Virus record (IMG/VR): IMGVR_UViG_3300042402_002564
Location: 124,001-188,000 of that record
DNA length: 64,000 nt
Strand: one strand, 5' to 3'
In this document: positions 37,888 through 47,130 of the stretch, one piece after another
How positions within the stretch are numbered: position 1 is the stretch's first letter
Layout of the letters: each line of letters starts with the position of its first letter
Translations under genes and position numbers: made by a program
The notes under the pieces: generated by a model
Told to the model about the DNA's origin: nothing
Database searches by the model: none
What the model saw: only the letters and a program-made list of their open reading frames with translations

Positions 37888-40656
37888 ATGGCGACTCCTC
37901 AATTATCTCCTGGTGTATTGGTCAGGGAAGTTGATTTAACTGTCGGGAGAGCTGAAAATGTATTAGATAATATTGGTGCTATAGCTGGTCCTTTTGAAAT
38001 TGGACCAGTTAATGAACCAATTAGTATCACTACAGAGCAAGAGTTACTTAATACTTTTGGTAGACCATCTAGTTCTGACAATCAATACGAATATTGGTTA
38101 ACTGCATCATCGTTCTTAACATACGGCGGAGTTTTAAAAGTTGTAAGAACTGACGGTGCTACACTAAGTAACGCCAATGTTGGTGTTGGTGCATCATTTG
38201 TATCTACAAAAATTAAAAACTTTGATGACTACAATTCAAACTTTATAGGTGCGGTAAATAACTTTTATTTTGCTGCAAAAAATCCAGGAAGTTGGTCAAA
38301 TGGATTAAAAGTTTGTGTAGTTGATGACCAAGCAGACCAAATTGTCGGTATTGCGACTACAGTTTTATCAAACATTAATATTCAAGTAGGATATGGTGTT
38401 ACCGTTGATCTTAGTGGAGAAGTTCTTCCTGGTATTGGAACAACTTCAGTATTCCAAGGATACCTGAAGGGTATTATTACTGGAACAGTAGATAATGTTA
38501 GGGGCGGTTCTGTAATCTACGTTAAGATAATTTCTAGAGTCTCTACAGGCGGAACTGAGTATCCAATTAGTTATGCAGAGAATAATACACTAAACTCTAT
38601 TGTGGAGGGAAGTAAACTATCAATTGTAGATAATAATGGTGCGGTAATATCACCAAAAGATTCAATTGATGAAGTTGGAATAACAACGTTTACCTCTATT
38701 AACGGTCAACAAGATGAAGTTTATACTGGAGTAGGTGCTACATCATCTGGTTCTGGAACTCAAGCAACTTTCACAATTACTAGAAATAGCAGTGATGGCG
38801 GAGTTCTTTCTGCAGCAGTTGTAAATCCTGGTGTTGGTTATTCAACTGGAGATTCTGTAACTATTGCTGGTAGTGATGTTGGTGGATTTGATTTATCTGA
38901 TGGTGTTATAAGAACTGTTGGTTTAACATCCTCAACAACAGTTGTTTCTGCAGCAAATGCTACTTATACTGGAGTTGCTGGTGTAAGCACAGTGGGTGCT
39001 GGAGTATCATTTACAATCTTTAGAAATGGTAGTGGTGGCATTGGAACAGTTTTTGTTTCTAACCAAGGAACAAATTATCAAGTAGGAACAGTAATTACTA
39101 TTCCTGGAAATACAGTTGGTGGAACTGCCCCAGCAGATAACCTCACTCTATCAGTTACTGCACTTAGAGACGATAAAATTATCTTAGAAGTAAATGAAGT
39201 TGCTTCTAGTATTATTGCAGGTCTTACTGTTGATTGGTATAGTCAACAGGTATTAAAGTTAGATAATGGAGTTGTATTCTGGAACACAATTGCACCAAAA
39301 CCTGGAACATCCCAATATGCTCTAGAAAGAAATGGTAGAGCGGATGAAATGCACATTGTTGTTGTAGATGATTCTGGTTCTGTTAGTGGTGTAAAAGGTA
39401 ATATTTTAGAAAAGCACTTATTCTTGTCAAAATCAACGGATGCTATTTCTTCTTCCAATTCCCCAACTAAAATTTGGTATAAAAACTATCTTGCAAACTT
39501 CTCGAATTACATCTATGCAGGAACTAACCCATCAAATGCTTATGATGGATATTGGTTAACTGACCCACAAGCAAATATATTCACATACGGAAGTAATTAC
39601 ACTTCAGATAATTTTGAGACAGATTTTAGTACATATACTATCGGTGAAACTGTTTGGGATAGACCAGCACAAGATGCGATCTTTAGCACTATTGGACAAG
39701 TTACTTATACATTAGGTAATGGAGTTGATTATAGTGCTGGTGGTGCTTTAAGATCTAGTCTTTCATTCGTTATGGAATCATATGATTTATTTGCTAATCG
39801 TGATGAAATTGCAGTAGATTACTTACTTATGGGTCCAAGTGGCGAAACAATTTCAGAATCACAATCAAAAGCAAATAGACTAATATCTATAGCAGACTCA
39901 AGAAAAGATTGTGTTGCAGTAATTTCTCCACATAGAACTGGAGTAATTGATATATTAAATTCAAATACACAAACAAATAATATCATTGAATTCTTTGGTC
40001 CATTATCTTCTTCATCGTATGCAATTTTTGATAGTGGATACAAATATACATATGATAGATTTAATAATGCCTTCAGATACATCCCATGTAATGGTGATAT
40101 CGCTGGATTAATGTGCAGAACAAACATAGTTGCATATCCTTGGTTCTCTCCTGCTGGTCAGCAAAGAGGTGTTATTAAAAATGCAATTAAACTTGCATAC
40201 AATCCAAACAAATCACAAAGAGACGCCCTGTATTCAGCAAGAATTAATCCAATTATCAATCAACCTGGAATTGGTGTTATTCTATTTGGTGATAAAACTG
40301 CACTATCTTATGCATCAGCATTTGATAGAATTAACGTTCGTAGATTATTCTTAACTGTTGAACAAGCACTGGAAAGAGCTGCTCAAGCACAACTCTTCGA
40401 ATTCAACGATCAAATTACAAGGGCAAACTTTGTAAACATTGTTGAACCATATTTACGTGATATTCAGGCAAAGAGGGGTGTTTATGACTTCTTAGTAATT
40501 TGTGATGAAACTAATAACACACCAGATATTATTGATAATAATGAATTTAGAGCTGACATCTTCCTGAAACCAGCTAAATCTATCAACTACATTACATTGA
40601 CCTTTGTTGCTACTCGAACAGGGGTAAGTTTTGAAGAAGTGGCTGGTAGAGTTTGA
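37888..40656 (+). CDS. gp18: contractile tail sheath protein gp18 (922 aa, with insertions)
   Basis: SPGV.VRE.DLT, PWFSPAG..RG, GDKT....SAFDRINVRRLF. Confidence 0.97.
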   Translation: MATPQLSPGVLVREVDLTVGRAENVLDNIGAIAGPFEIGPVNEPISITTEQELLNTFGRPSSSDNQYEYWLTASSFLTYGGVLKVVRTDGATLSNANVGVGASFVSTKIKNFDDYNSNFIGAVNNFYFAAKNPGSWSNGLKVCVVDDQADQIVGIATTVLSNINIQVGYGVTVDLSGEVLPGIGTTSVFQGYLKGIITGTVDNVRGGSVIYVKIISRVSTGGTEYPISYAENNTLNSIVEGSKLSIVDNNGAVISPKDSIDEVGITTFTSINGQQDEVYTGVGATSSGSGTQATFTITRNSSDGGVLSAAVVNPGVGYSTGDSVTIAGSDVGGFDLSDGVIRTVGLTSSTTVVSAANATYTGVAGVSTVGAGVSFTIFRNGSGGIGTVFVSNQGTNYQVGTVITIPGNTVGGTAPADNLTLSVTALRDDKIILEVNEVASSIIAGLTVDWYSQQVLKLDNGVVFWNTIAPKPGTSQYALERNGRADEMHIVVVDDSGSVSGVKGNILEKHLFLSKSTDAISSSNSPTKIWYKNYLANFSNYIYAGTNPSNAYDGYWLTDPQANIFTYGSNYTSDNFETDFSTYTIGETVWDRPAQDAIFSTIGQVTYTLGNGVDYSAGGALRSSLSFVMESYDLFANRDEIAVDYLLMGPSGETISESQSKANRLISIADSRKDCVAVISPHRTGVIDILNSNTQTNNIIEFFGPLSSSSYAIFDSGYKYTYDRFNNAFRYIPCNGDIAGLMCRTNIVAYPWFSPAGQQRGVIKNAIKLAYNPNKSQRDALYSARINPIINQPGIGVILFGDKTALSYASAFDRINVRRLFLTVEQALERAAQAQLFEFNDQITRANFVNIVEPYLRDIQAKRGVYDFLVICDETNNTPDIIDNNEFRADIFLKPAKSINYITLTFVATRTGVSFEEVAGRV

Positions 40657-40690
40657 TCTATATTATTAATTAACGAAGGAGGATCCTACA

Positions 40691-41293
40691 ATGTCAAATA
40701 GAAACATCAGAACAATCACTGATTTTAAATCAAAACTACAAGGTGGAGCAGCCAGACCAAATTTATTTGAAGTATCTATCCCATCTTTTCCATCTTCAGT
40801 AACTGGGTGGGACGATGAAACATTCCAGTTTATGTGTAAAGCGGCTGCTTTACCAGCTTCTAACGTAGCACCAATTGATGTTCCATTTAGAGGTCGTATT
40901 TTAAAAGTTGCTGGGGACAGAACATTTGATACCTGGACTGTTACTATCATCAATGATGAAGACTTTAAATTAAGAACTGCATTTGAGCAGTGGATGAATC
41001 AAATTAGTAAATTAGATAATGCTACTGGTGCCACAAGTCCAACATCATACATGGTAAACGCATTTGTTTATCAATTAGGTAGAGGTGCATCAAGATTTTC
41101 AACAGGAAATACTGATAATTTAACCAATACCGCATTGAGAACTTATAAGTTCTACGATATTTTCCCAACTAATGTATCTCAAATTGATCTTTCATATGAT
41201 ACCTCAGATACAGTTGAAGAGTATACAGTAGAATTCCAAGTTCAGTGGTGGCAAACTGAGGGTAGTGACCAAACTGGTACTGAAATTAGATAA
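40691..41293 (+). CDS. gp19: tail tube protein gp19
   Basis: GAARPNLFEV, PFRGR.LK.AGDRTF..WTVT..ND. Confidence 0.96.
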   Translation: MSNRNIRTITDFKSKLQGGAARPNLFEVSIPSFPSSVTGWDDETFQFMCKAAALPASNVAPIDVPFRGRILKVAGDRTFDTWTVTIINDEDFKLRTAFEQWMNQISKLDNATGATSPTSYMVNAFVYQLGRGASRFSTGNTDNLTNTALRTYKFYDIFPTNVSQIDLSYDTSDTVEEYTVEFQVQWWQTEGSDQTGTEIR

Positions 41294-41299
41294 TAAATA
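41293..41299 (+). promoter_or_regulatory. late promoter
   Basis: ATAAATA upstream of gp20. Confidence 0.7.
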
Positions 41300-41327
41300 G
41301 TAGAGATTTAGAAGGTTATTTTTAGTA

Positions 41328-42995
41328 ATGGCAAAATTATTTGGATTTTCTATAGAGAATAAAGAATCTCTTTCACCTTCTGTAGTATCCCCCGTTCCTC
41401 AAAATAATGAGGACGGGGTTGATCATTATCTAACAAGTGGTTTTTTTGGATCTTATGTAGATATAGAGGGTGTTTATAGAACCGAATATGATTTAATTAA
41501 AAGATACAGAGAAATGTCACTTCACCCAGAAGTAGACAGTGCTATTGAAGATATCGTTAATGAAGCTATTGTTAGTGACACAAACGATACTCCAGTACAA
41601 ATTGAATTATCTAATTTAAATGCTAGTGATGGATTAAAAAAGAAGATAAGAGAAGAATTTAAAACAATTTTAGATTTATTAGATTTTGATAAAAAATCTC
41701 ATGAAATTTATAGGAATTGGTACATTGATGGAAGACTTTATTATCATAAAGTAATCGATTTAAAAAATCCACAAAAGGGTATTCAAGAATTAAGATATGT
41801 TGACGCATTAAAAATGCGTTATGTTAGACAATCTATTTCTAAAAAGAAGAATAATGGTGGAGTTAGAATAAAAAATTCTAACGACGAAAATCCAATGGAT
41901 TATGATTTTCCACAAATTGAAGAATACTTCATCTATAATCCTACTGCCCAATCTCCAATTGGGTCTATGAATGGAAGAAATTCTAGTCAGGCAAATTCTG
42001 GAATCAAAATTGCGAGAGATGCGATAACTTATTGTACTTCTGGATTAGTAGATAGAAATAAAGGAACTTGTCTGTCATACTTACATAAAGCAATTAAGTC
42101 TCTCAATCAACTCCGCATGATTGAGGATAGTCTTGTTATTTACAGATTGTCTCGTGCTCCAGAGCGTCGTATCTTCTATATTGATGTAGGTAATCTTCCT
42201 AAAATTAAGGCAGAGCAATATCTTCGTGATGTTATGATGCGTTATCGCAATAAATTAGTTTACGATGCCTCTACAGGTGAAATTAGAGATGATAAGAAGT
42301 TTATGAGTATGCTTGAGGACTTCTGGTTACCTCGTAGAGAAGGTGGTAGAGGTACAGAGATTACAACTCTTCCTGGTGGTCAGAATCTTGGAGAAATTAC
42401 AGATATCAAATATTTCCAGAGTAAATTATACAAATCATTGAACGTTCCTCCATCAAGAATGGAAGGAGAAGGTGGATTTAATCTTGGTAGATCTTCAGAA
42501 ATTTTGAGAGATGAACTCAAATTTACCAAATTTGTTGGTAGATTAAGGAAGCGTTTTTCAAACATGTTTAATGACATGTTAAAGACCCAATTAATATTAA
42601 AAAATATCGTAACTCCAGAAGATTGGGAGCAAATGAGTGAGCATATTCAATATGACTTCCTTTATGATAATCACTTCTCTGAACTAAAAGAAGCAGAATT
42701 GATGACCGAAAGGTTAAATATTGCTGCTACTGCAGAACCTTATATCGGCAAATACTACTCTCAAGATTATGTAAGACGTAAGATTTTACGTCAAACTGAT
42801 GAAGAGATTATTGAGCAAGATCAATTAATCAAAAAAGAAATTAAAGCAGGCATTATTCCAGATCCAAATGCACCAATAGACCCAGCAACTGGTATGCCAA
42901 TGCCTTCTGATGCAAACCAAGATAATATTAATGGTGCATCAGGAAAAGTTCCTACAGAACCAGGGATAGATGGTTCAAGTACAGAAGTTAAGTAA
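41328..42995 (+). CDS. gp20: portal vertex protein gp20
   Basis: RAPERRIFYIDVGNLP, EDFWLPRREGGRGTEITTLPGG. Confidence 0.98.
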   Translation: MAKLFGFSIENKESLSPSVVSPVPQNNEDGVDHYLTSGFFGSYVDIEGVYRTEYDLIKRYREMSLHPEVDSAIEDIVNEAIVSDTNDTPVQIELSNLNASDGLKKKIREEFKTILDLLDFDKKSHEIYRNWYIDGRLYYHKVIDLKNPQKGIQELRYVDALKMRYVRQSISKKKNNGGVRIKNSNDENPMDYDFPQIEEYFIYNPTAQSPIGSMNGRNSSQANSGIKIARDAITYCTSGLVDRNKGTCLSYLHKAIKSLNQLRMIEDSLVIYRLSRAPERRIFYIDVGNLPKIKAEQYLRDVMMRYRNKLVYDASTGEIRDDKKFMSMLEDFWLPRREGGRGTEITTLPGGQNLGEITDIKYFQSKLYKSLNVPPSRMEGEGGFNLGRSSEILRDELKFTKFVGRLRKRFSNMFNDMLKTQLILKNIVTPEDWEQMSEHIQYDFLYDNHFSELKEAELMTERLNIAATAEPYIGKYYSQDYVRRKILRQTDEEIIEQDQLIKKEIKAGIIPDPNAPIDPATGMPMPSDANQDNINGASGKVPTEPGIDGSSTEVK

Positions 42996-44781
42996 CTTTA
43001 ATAAATTTATTTTTTAGAAGTCCTTTTCTTCTCAGTATAAAAAGATTATTTTTATCATATCCTATAAAGTCATTATCGATTTTATAGGATATTTTATTTT
43101 TCTCCCAAGTTTCTATATTATATTTTGAGTTTAAAGTTAATGGATATTTTTGATTTTCATTAAAAATAAATTTTTTCTGAATATCAATAATTTCTGAGTC
43201 AATTTGTACAATATTTGAGCAATATAACTCAATAAATTCAAATAGTTTTGATTTATTTTTAAATAAGAATTCAAAACTACTAGCATGTAAAGAATGACCA
43301 GTTTTGGCACCCTGTGTTATCTTCCCAGTCTTAATATAAGTAGAGACAATATTATATATTTCTTGATAATGAACTCCAATGAATCCATCATCATTTTTTA
43401 TACAGTCAAATAAATTATCATAAAATTTTCTATAACTTATATTTAAAATATTAAAGCAATATTTCGATAGCACTTGAGTATATCCCGCTATATGTAATTG
43501 AACAATCAACCATCCGTACATATAACATTCAATTAATTCATCTGTGGTTAAAGTATCGGTTTTATTAATTAATTCTATACTTTCTTTTACTTCTGAGTAA
43601 TCTTTTTCATTAGTGAATGAAACGTAATCCTCTGCTTTGATAGTTTCAATACCATATATTTTTCTAGATAATTCACTGTTCAATTCACTGTTACCAAAAA
43701 CTTGACAAAACCAAACATCAATAGATTCATGTTGCCCAAATTCTAATATTTTAGAGAATCCTTCCTTCCAAGAATCTATAGTTTCGTTTGGTAATCCTAA
43801 AATTAACTCGGTATAAGTTTTTACATCATGCTCTTTACTTTTTTCAATATGAGATGTAATGTTATTAATACTCATATTTTTTCTTTTAATTGCTTTAAGT
43901 GTTGGTTCATTCATACTTTGAACACTTATAGTTACACCTCTACTAATATCTCCAAGTATTTTTGCTATTTCAAAAACTACTTCTGTAGAATTTTTAGAAT
44001 ATTGCAAATTAACAGATTCTAATTTGCTATTATCAGCAACTTCTCTTATTAATTTTGCTATTTCCAAATCTCTTTCTTTATACATTCCAAAATTTGCATC
44101 TGCACAAAATATAAATGCAACATTATTATTTTTAATCCATTCAAGATCATTTTTTACACGATCTAGATTAAACATTTTAACTTTACTATAGGTTAATCCA
44201 CCCCAATCACAAAAAGTACATGAATGGGGGCACCCTCGATTAGTTTCAATAGTAGAAGCCCAAAGAGTATTTGGATTGTCTTTTACAATTTGATCAAATA
44301 CTTTAGATTCATATGGACTTGGAAAGTCTAATTGCTCTATTCTACTTTTTTGATATATTTTTTCTATTGTTTTATTTTGAACAATACTAGTTAATAAATC
44401 TAAGTAACTTTCTTCACCTTCACCAATTATTACACAATCTATAAATTCATTATCAAGAATTTTCAAAGTTGCTTGTGGTCCACCAAATTGAATAATACAG
44501 TCTGGAAATTTTTCTTTTATTAGTTTTGATAAAAATAGACAATATTGCTCATTCCAAACGTAACAACTAAAACTGCACACTGTTGGATTGTCTAATCTTT
44601 CCAGTATTTTATTTGGATGCTCTCTTTTAAAGATAATATCTTTTAATACAAAATTATTTTTTACTTCATCAAATTGATTACAATAACTCCATAAACAACC
44701 AACACTGTAAGGAAGCCAATATGTGTCTTCATTTCTAATTTCTACAGAATATTGCGGTTGAAATAAATATATATTTTTCAT
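42988..44781 (-). CDS. cobalamin-binding-domain radical SAM enzyme (paralog 2)
   Basis: N-terminal B12-binding-like region (FSCYVWN, GGPQ, GEGE); ETNRGCPHSCTFCDW CxxxCxxC; DANFG; TELILGLP.ET. Confidence 0.9.
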   Translation of the reverse strand: MKNIYLFQPQYSVEIRNEDTYWLPYSVGCLWSYCNQFDEVKNNFVLKDIIFKREHPNKILERLDNPTVCSFSCYVWNEQYCLFLSKLIKEKFPDCIIQFGGPQATLKILDNEFIDCVIIGEGEESYLDLLTSIVQNKTIEKIYQKSRIEQLDFPSPYESKVFDQIVKDNPNTLWASTIETNRGCPHSCTFCDWGGLTYSKVKMFNLDRVKNDLEWIKNNNVAFIFCADANFGMYKERDLEIAKLIREVADNSKLESVNLQYSKNSTEVVFEIAKILGDISRGVTISVQSMNEPTLKAIKRKNMSINNITSHIEKSKEHDVKTYTELILGLPNETIDSWKEGFSKILEFGQHESIDVWFCQVFGNSELNSELSRKIYGIETIKAEDYVSFTNEKDYSEVKESIELINKTDTLTTDELIECYMYGWLIVQLHIAGYTQVLSKYCFNILNISYRKFYDNLFDCIKNDDGFIGVHYQEIYNIVSTYIKTGKITQGAKTGHSLHASSFEFLFKNKSKLFEFIELYCSNIVQIDSEIIDIQKKFIFNENQKYPLTLNSKYNIETWEKNKISYKIDNDFIGYDKNNLFILRRKGLLKNKFIKVT

Positions 44782-46586
44782 TCATCAATTTTAGATATAG
44801 TATTTTTTAGTAATCCCTTTCTTCTTAAAACCCAAAAATCATTTCGTATTGACTCATCTCTTTTATTTGAAACCATTAAACTTGTTGGTTTATCTTCCCA
44901 TGTTGTTGTATCAACAGAAGAAGAAATAGTAATAGGATAATCTACCTCAGAGTCATAAACAAAGTTTTTTTGAAGATCCCAAAATTCATTAGTTATACCA
45001 CCAAATTTTACCAGAGATTTATCAATTAAGGCAAATACTTCATTCCTATTATTCATAAAAAATGAAAAATCATTAGGAGAATTAAATTCTAATGAATGTC
45101 CACTTTTATTATCTGGTAAAATTCCCTCTGTTAAGTAATTTTTTACATCGAACTTTAATTTTTGAAAATATTCACCAATTATTCCGTTGTCAGTTTGAAC
45201 CTTTTCAAATATTTCATCATAAAACATCCTATAAGTTATATTTTTATTGTAAAAAAGATATTTTGCTATTAGTTGAGCATATCCATTTATATGGAATTGT
45301 ATTACTGTCCAAGCATACAAATAACTTTCAATTAATTCCAAAGTTGCCATTGAATTAGTTTTATTAACTATCTCAACAATTTCTTTGAATCCATGATATT
45401 CCTTAGGATTAGTGAATGAAATATAGTCATACGCCTTTACTGTTTCAATTCCGTGCATCTTTCTAGATAATTCACTTCCCAATTCACTATTACCAAATAA
45501 TTGGCAGAACCAAACATCAATCGATTCGTGTTGACCACACTCCAAAACTTTAGATAATCCGTCTTTCCAAGTTTCTAAAGTTTCCTCGGGTAATGGCAAA
45601 ATCAGTTCAGTGTATGTTTTAACTCCATATTCTTGACTCATTCTCATATGATTAGTCAAATCATTTATATGAAGATTCTTTCTCTTAATAGCCTTCAAAG
45701 TTGGTTGATTCATACTTTGAACGCTAATTGTTATTCCCCTAAGACAATGTTCTTCAAGTATTTTTGCAATTTTAAATACTGCTTCTGTTGAATTCTTAGC
45801 AAATTGTAAAACAACGTCACCAACATTGGTTTCTTTTAATTTGTCTCTGATTATCTCTGCTATAAGTATATCTCGCTCCTTATACATTCCAAAATTAGCA
45901 TCAGCAACAAATAAGTATCCAATATTATTATTTTTTATCCAAGTAATATCATCTTCAACTCTCTTTATGTCGAAGTGGTCTACTTTACTCATAGTAGTTC
46001 CACCCCAATCACAAAAAGTGCATCTATGAGGACAACCTCTATTTGTTTCTATAGTTGCAGCCCAAATTACATCGGGATTTTCTTCAATTATTTTACTAAA
46101 GACATTAGATTGATATGGACTTGGATAATCTAATGTAGATAATCTAGTTCTCTCGTAATATTTTTTTATTTCTTTGTTTTCTATAATAGAATTAAGTATG
46201 TCTAGAAAATTTTCTTCACCCTCAGAAATTATTACAGTATCAATAAAATCATTTTCCTCTTGCATTTTTTTAGATGCTTGAGGTCCACCAAATTCGATAA
46301 TGCAATTTGGAAATTTTTCTTTTACGAGTTTAGCTATTCCTAGACAATACTGTTCATTCCAAATATAACAACTAAATCCACATAAAACAGGATTATCCAA
46401 TCTTTCTAATATTTTATCTGGATGTTCTCTTTTAAAAATTATATCCTTTAAAATAAAATTATTTTTTACTTCATCAAATTGATTACAATAACTCCAAATA
46501 CATCCAACACTATATGGTATCCAATAATTTTCTTGTTTTCTAACTTCTACAGAATATTGTGGTTGAAATAAATATATGTTTTTCAT
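44778..46586 (-). CDS. cobalamin-binding-domain radical SAM enzyme (paralog 1)
   Basis: Same architecture with RGCPHRCTFCDW; start set at 46586 because MKNIYLFQPQYSVE aligns with the paralog start. Confidence 0.9.
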   Translation of the reverse strand: MKNIYLFQPQYSVEVRKQENYWIPYSVGCIWSYCNQFDEVKNNFILKDIIFKREHPDKILERLDNPVLCGFSCYIWNEQYCLGIAKLVKEKFPNCIIEFGGPQASKKMQEENDFIDTVIISEGEENFLDILNSIIENKEIKKYYERTRLSTLDYPSPYQSNVFSKIIEENPDVIWAATIETNRGCPHRCTFCDWGGTTMSKVDHFDIKRVEDDITWIKNNNIGYLFVADANFGMYKERDILIAEIIRDKLKETNVGDVVLQFAKNSTEAVFKIAKILEEHCLRGITISVQSMNQPTLKAIKRKNLHINDLTNHMRMSQEYGVKTYTELILPLPEETLETWKDGLSKVLECGQHESIDVWFCQLFGNSELGSELSRKMHGIETVKAYDYISFTNPKEYHGFKEIVEIVNKTNSMATLELIESYLYAWTVIQFHINGYAQLIAKYLFYNKNITYRMFYDEIFEKVQTDNGIIGEYFQKLKFDVKNYLTEGILPDNKSGHSLEFNSPNDFSFFMNNRNEVFALIDKSLVKFGGITNEFWDLQKNFVYDSEVDYPITISSSVDTTTWEDKPTSLMVSNKRDESIRNDFWVLRRKGLLKNTISKIDE

Positions 46587-46609
46587 TTCATTGAACTTTA
46601 TGTATGTTG

Positions 46610-46624
46610 TATTTATCATAAATA
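46610..46624. promoter_or_regulatory. back-to-back divergent late promoters
   Basis: TATTTAT-C-ATAAATA: ATAAATA on both strands, each about 24 nt from the ATG it faces (46586 on -, 46648 on +). Confidence 0.75.
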
Positions 46625-46647
46625 TATCAGAATTAAATGATTAAAAA

Positions 46648-46806
46648 ATGGACGAACTTTTAGATATGATTATCTCTGACGAATCACCTGCACAAGTCAG
46701 TGATAAAATTAAAGAACTTCTTTTCGCAAAATCTGCGGATAAAATTGAAGCATTGAGACCAGCAGCAGGAAATTCATTATTTGGGAATCAAGAAGAGGTA
46801 GGATGA
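46648..46806 (+). CDS. small prohead-core-like protein (gp67 position, 52 aa)
   Basis: Hand-read ORF MDELLDMIISDESPAQVSDKIKELLFAKSADKIE..RP...SLF; position downstream of gp20. Confidence 0.75.
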   Translation: MDELLDMIISDESPAQVSDKIKELLFAKSADKIEALRPAAGNSLFGNQEEVG

Positions 46807-46807
46807 T

Positions 46808-47128
46808 ATGAAATCATTCAAGCAATTTATATCTGAATCAGTTAATATTGCTGGTGATTTTACTGGAAATCTTTATATTAATTCCGAAACAGAACAACCT
46901 CAGCAAGTAGGAGAAAACTATGTTGCTGATGTTATGTGGCAAGGAAACTTGTATAGATTGGAATTAGTAACCAAATCTGGATTGCCCTCAAAACAGGATT
47001 TAGGTGAGCAACTTCAAAGACAATATCCTGGAGCAATTGTTCATCAGATTTATCCAGCAGAAGAAAAGAACTTTAACATTAAAAACGTACAAAGATATCA
47101 CCCCTCAAAATTAGAATGGATTGATTGA
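46808..47128 (+). CDS. probable internal head protein with a capsid-targeting-like N-terminus
   Basis: MKSFKQFISE resembles the T4 IPII/IPIII capsid targeting sequence MKTYQEFIAE. Confidence 0.7.
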   Translation: MKSFKQFISESVNIAGDFTGNLYINSETEQPQQVGENYVADVMWQGNLYRLELVTKSGLPSKQDLGEQLQRQYPGAIVHQIYPAEEKNFNIKNVQRYHPSKLEWID

Positions 47129-47130
47129 TA

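Noticed and set aside
10437-42577. Numerous 60-110 aa antisense or out-of-frame ORFs inside structural genes
   Set aside because: Expected by chance from the codon bias of the overlapping conserved genes.
44762-46574. Plus-strand ATAAATA boxes at about 44763 and 46568
   Set aside because: Both are the reverse complement of the conserved IYLF codons at the start of each radical SAM paralog, so they are probably incidental.
42988-46624. Radical SAM island as a transposon or self-mobile element
   Set aside because: No transposase, integrase, homing endonuclease, terminal repeats or target-site duplication seen.
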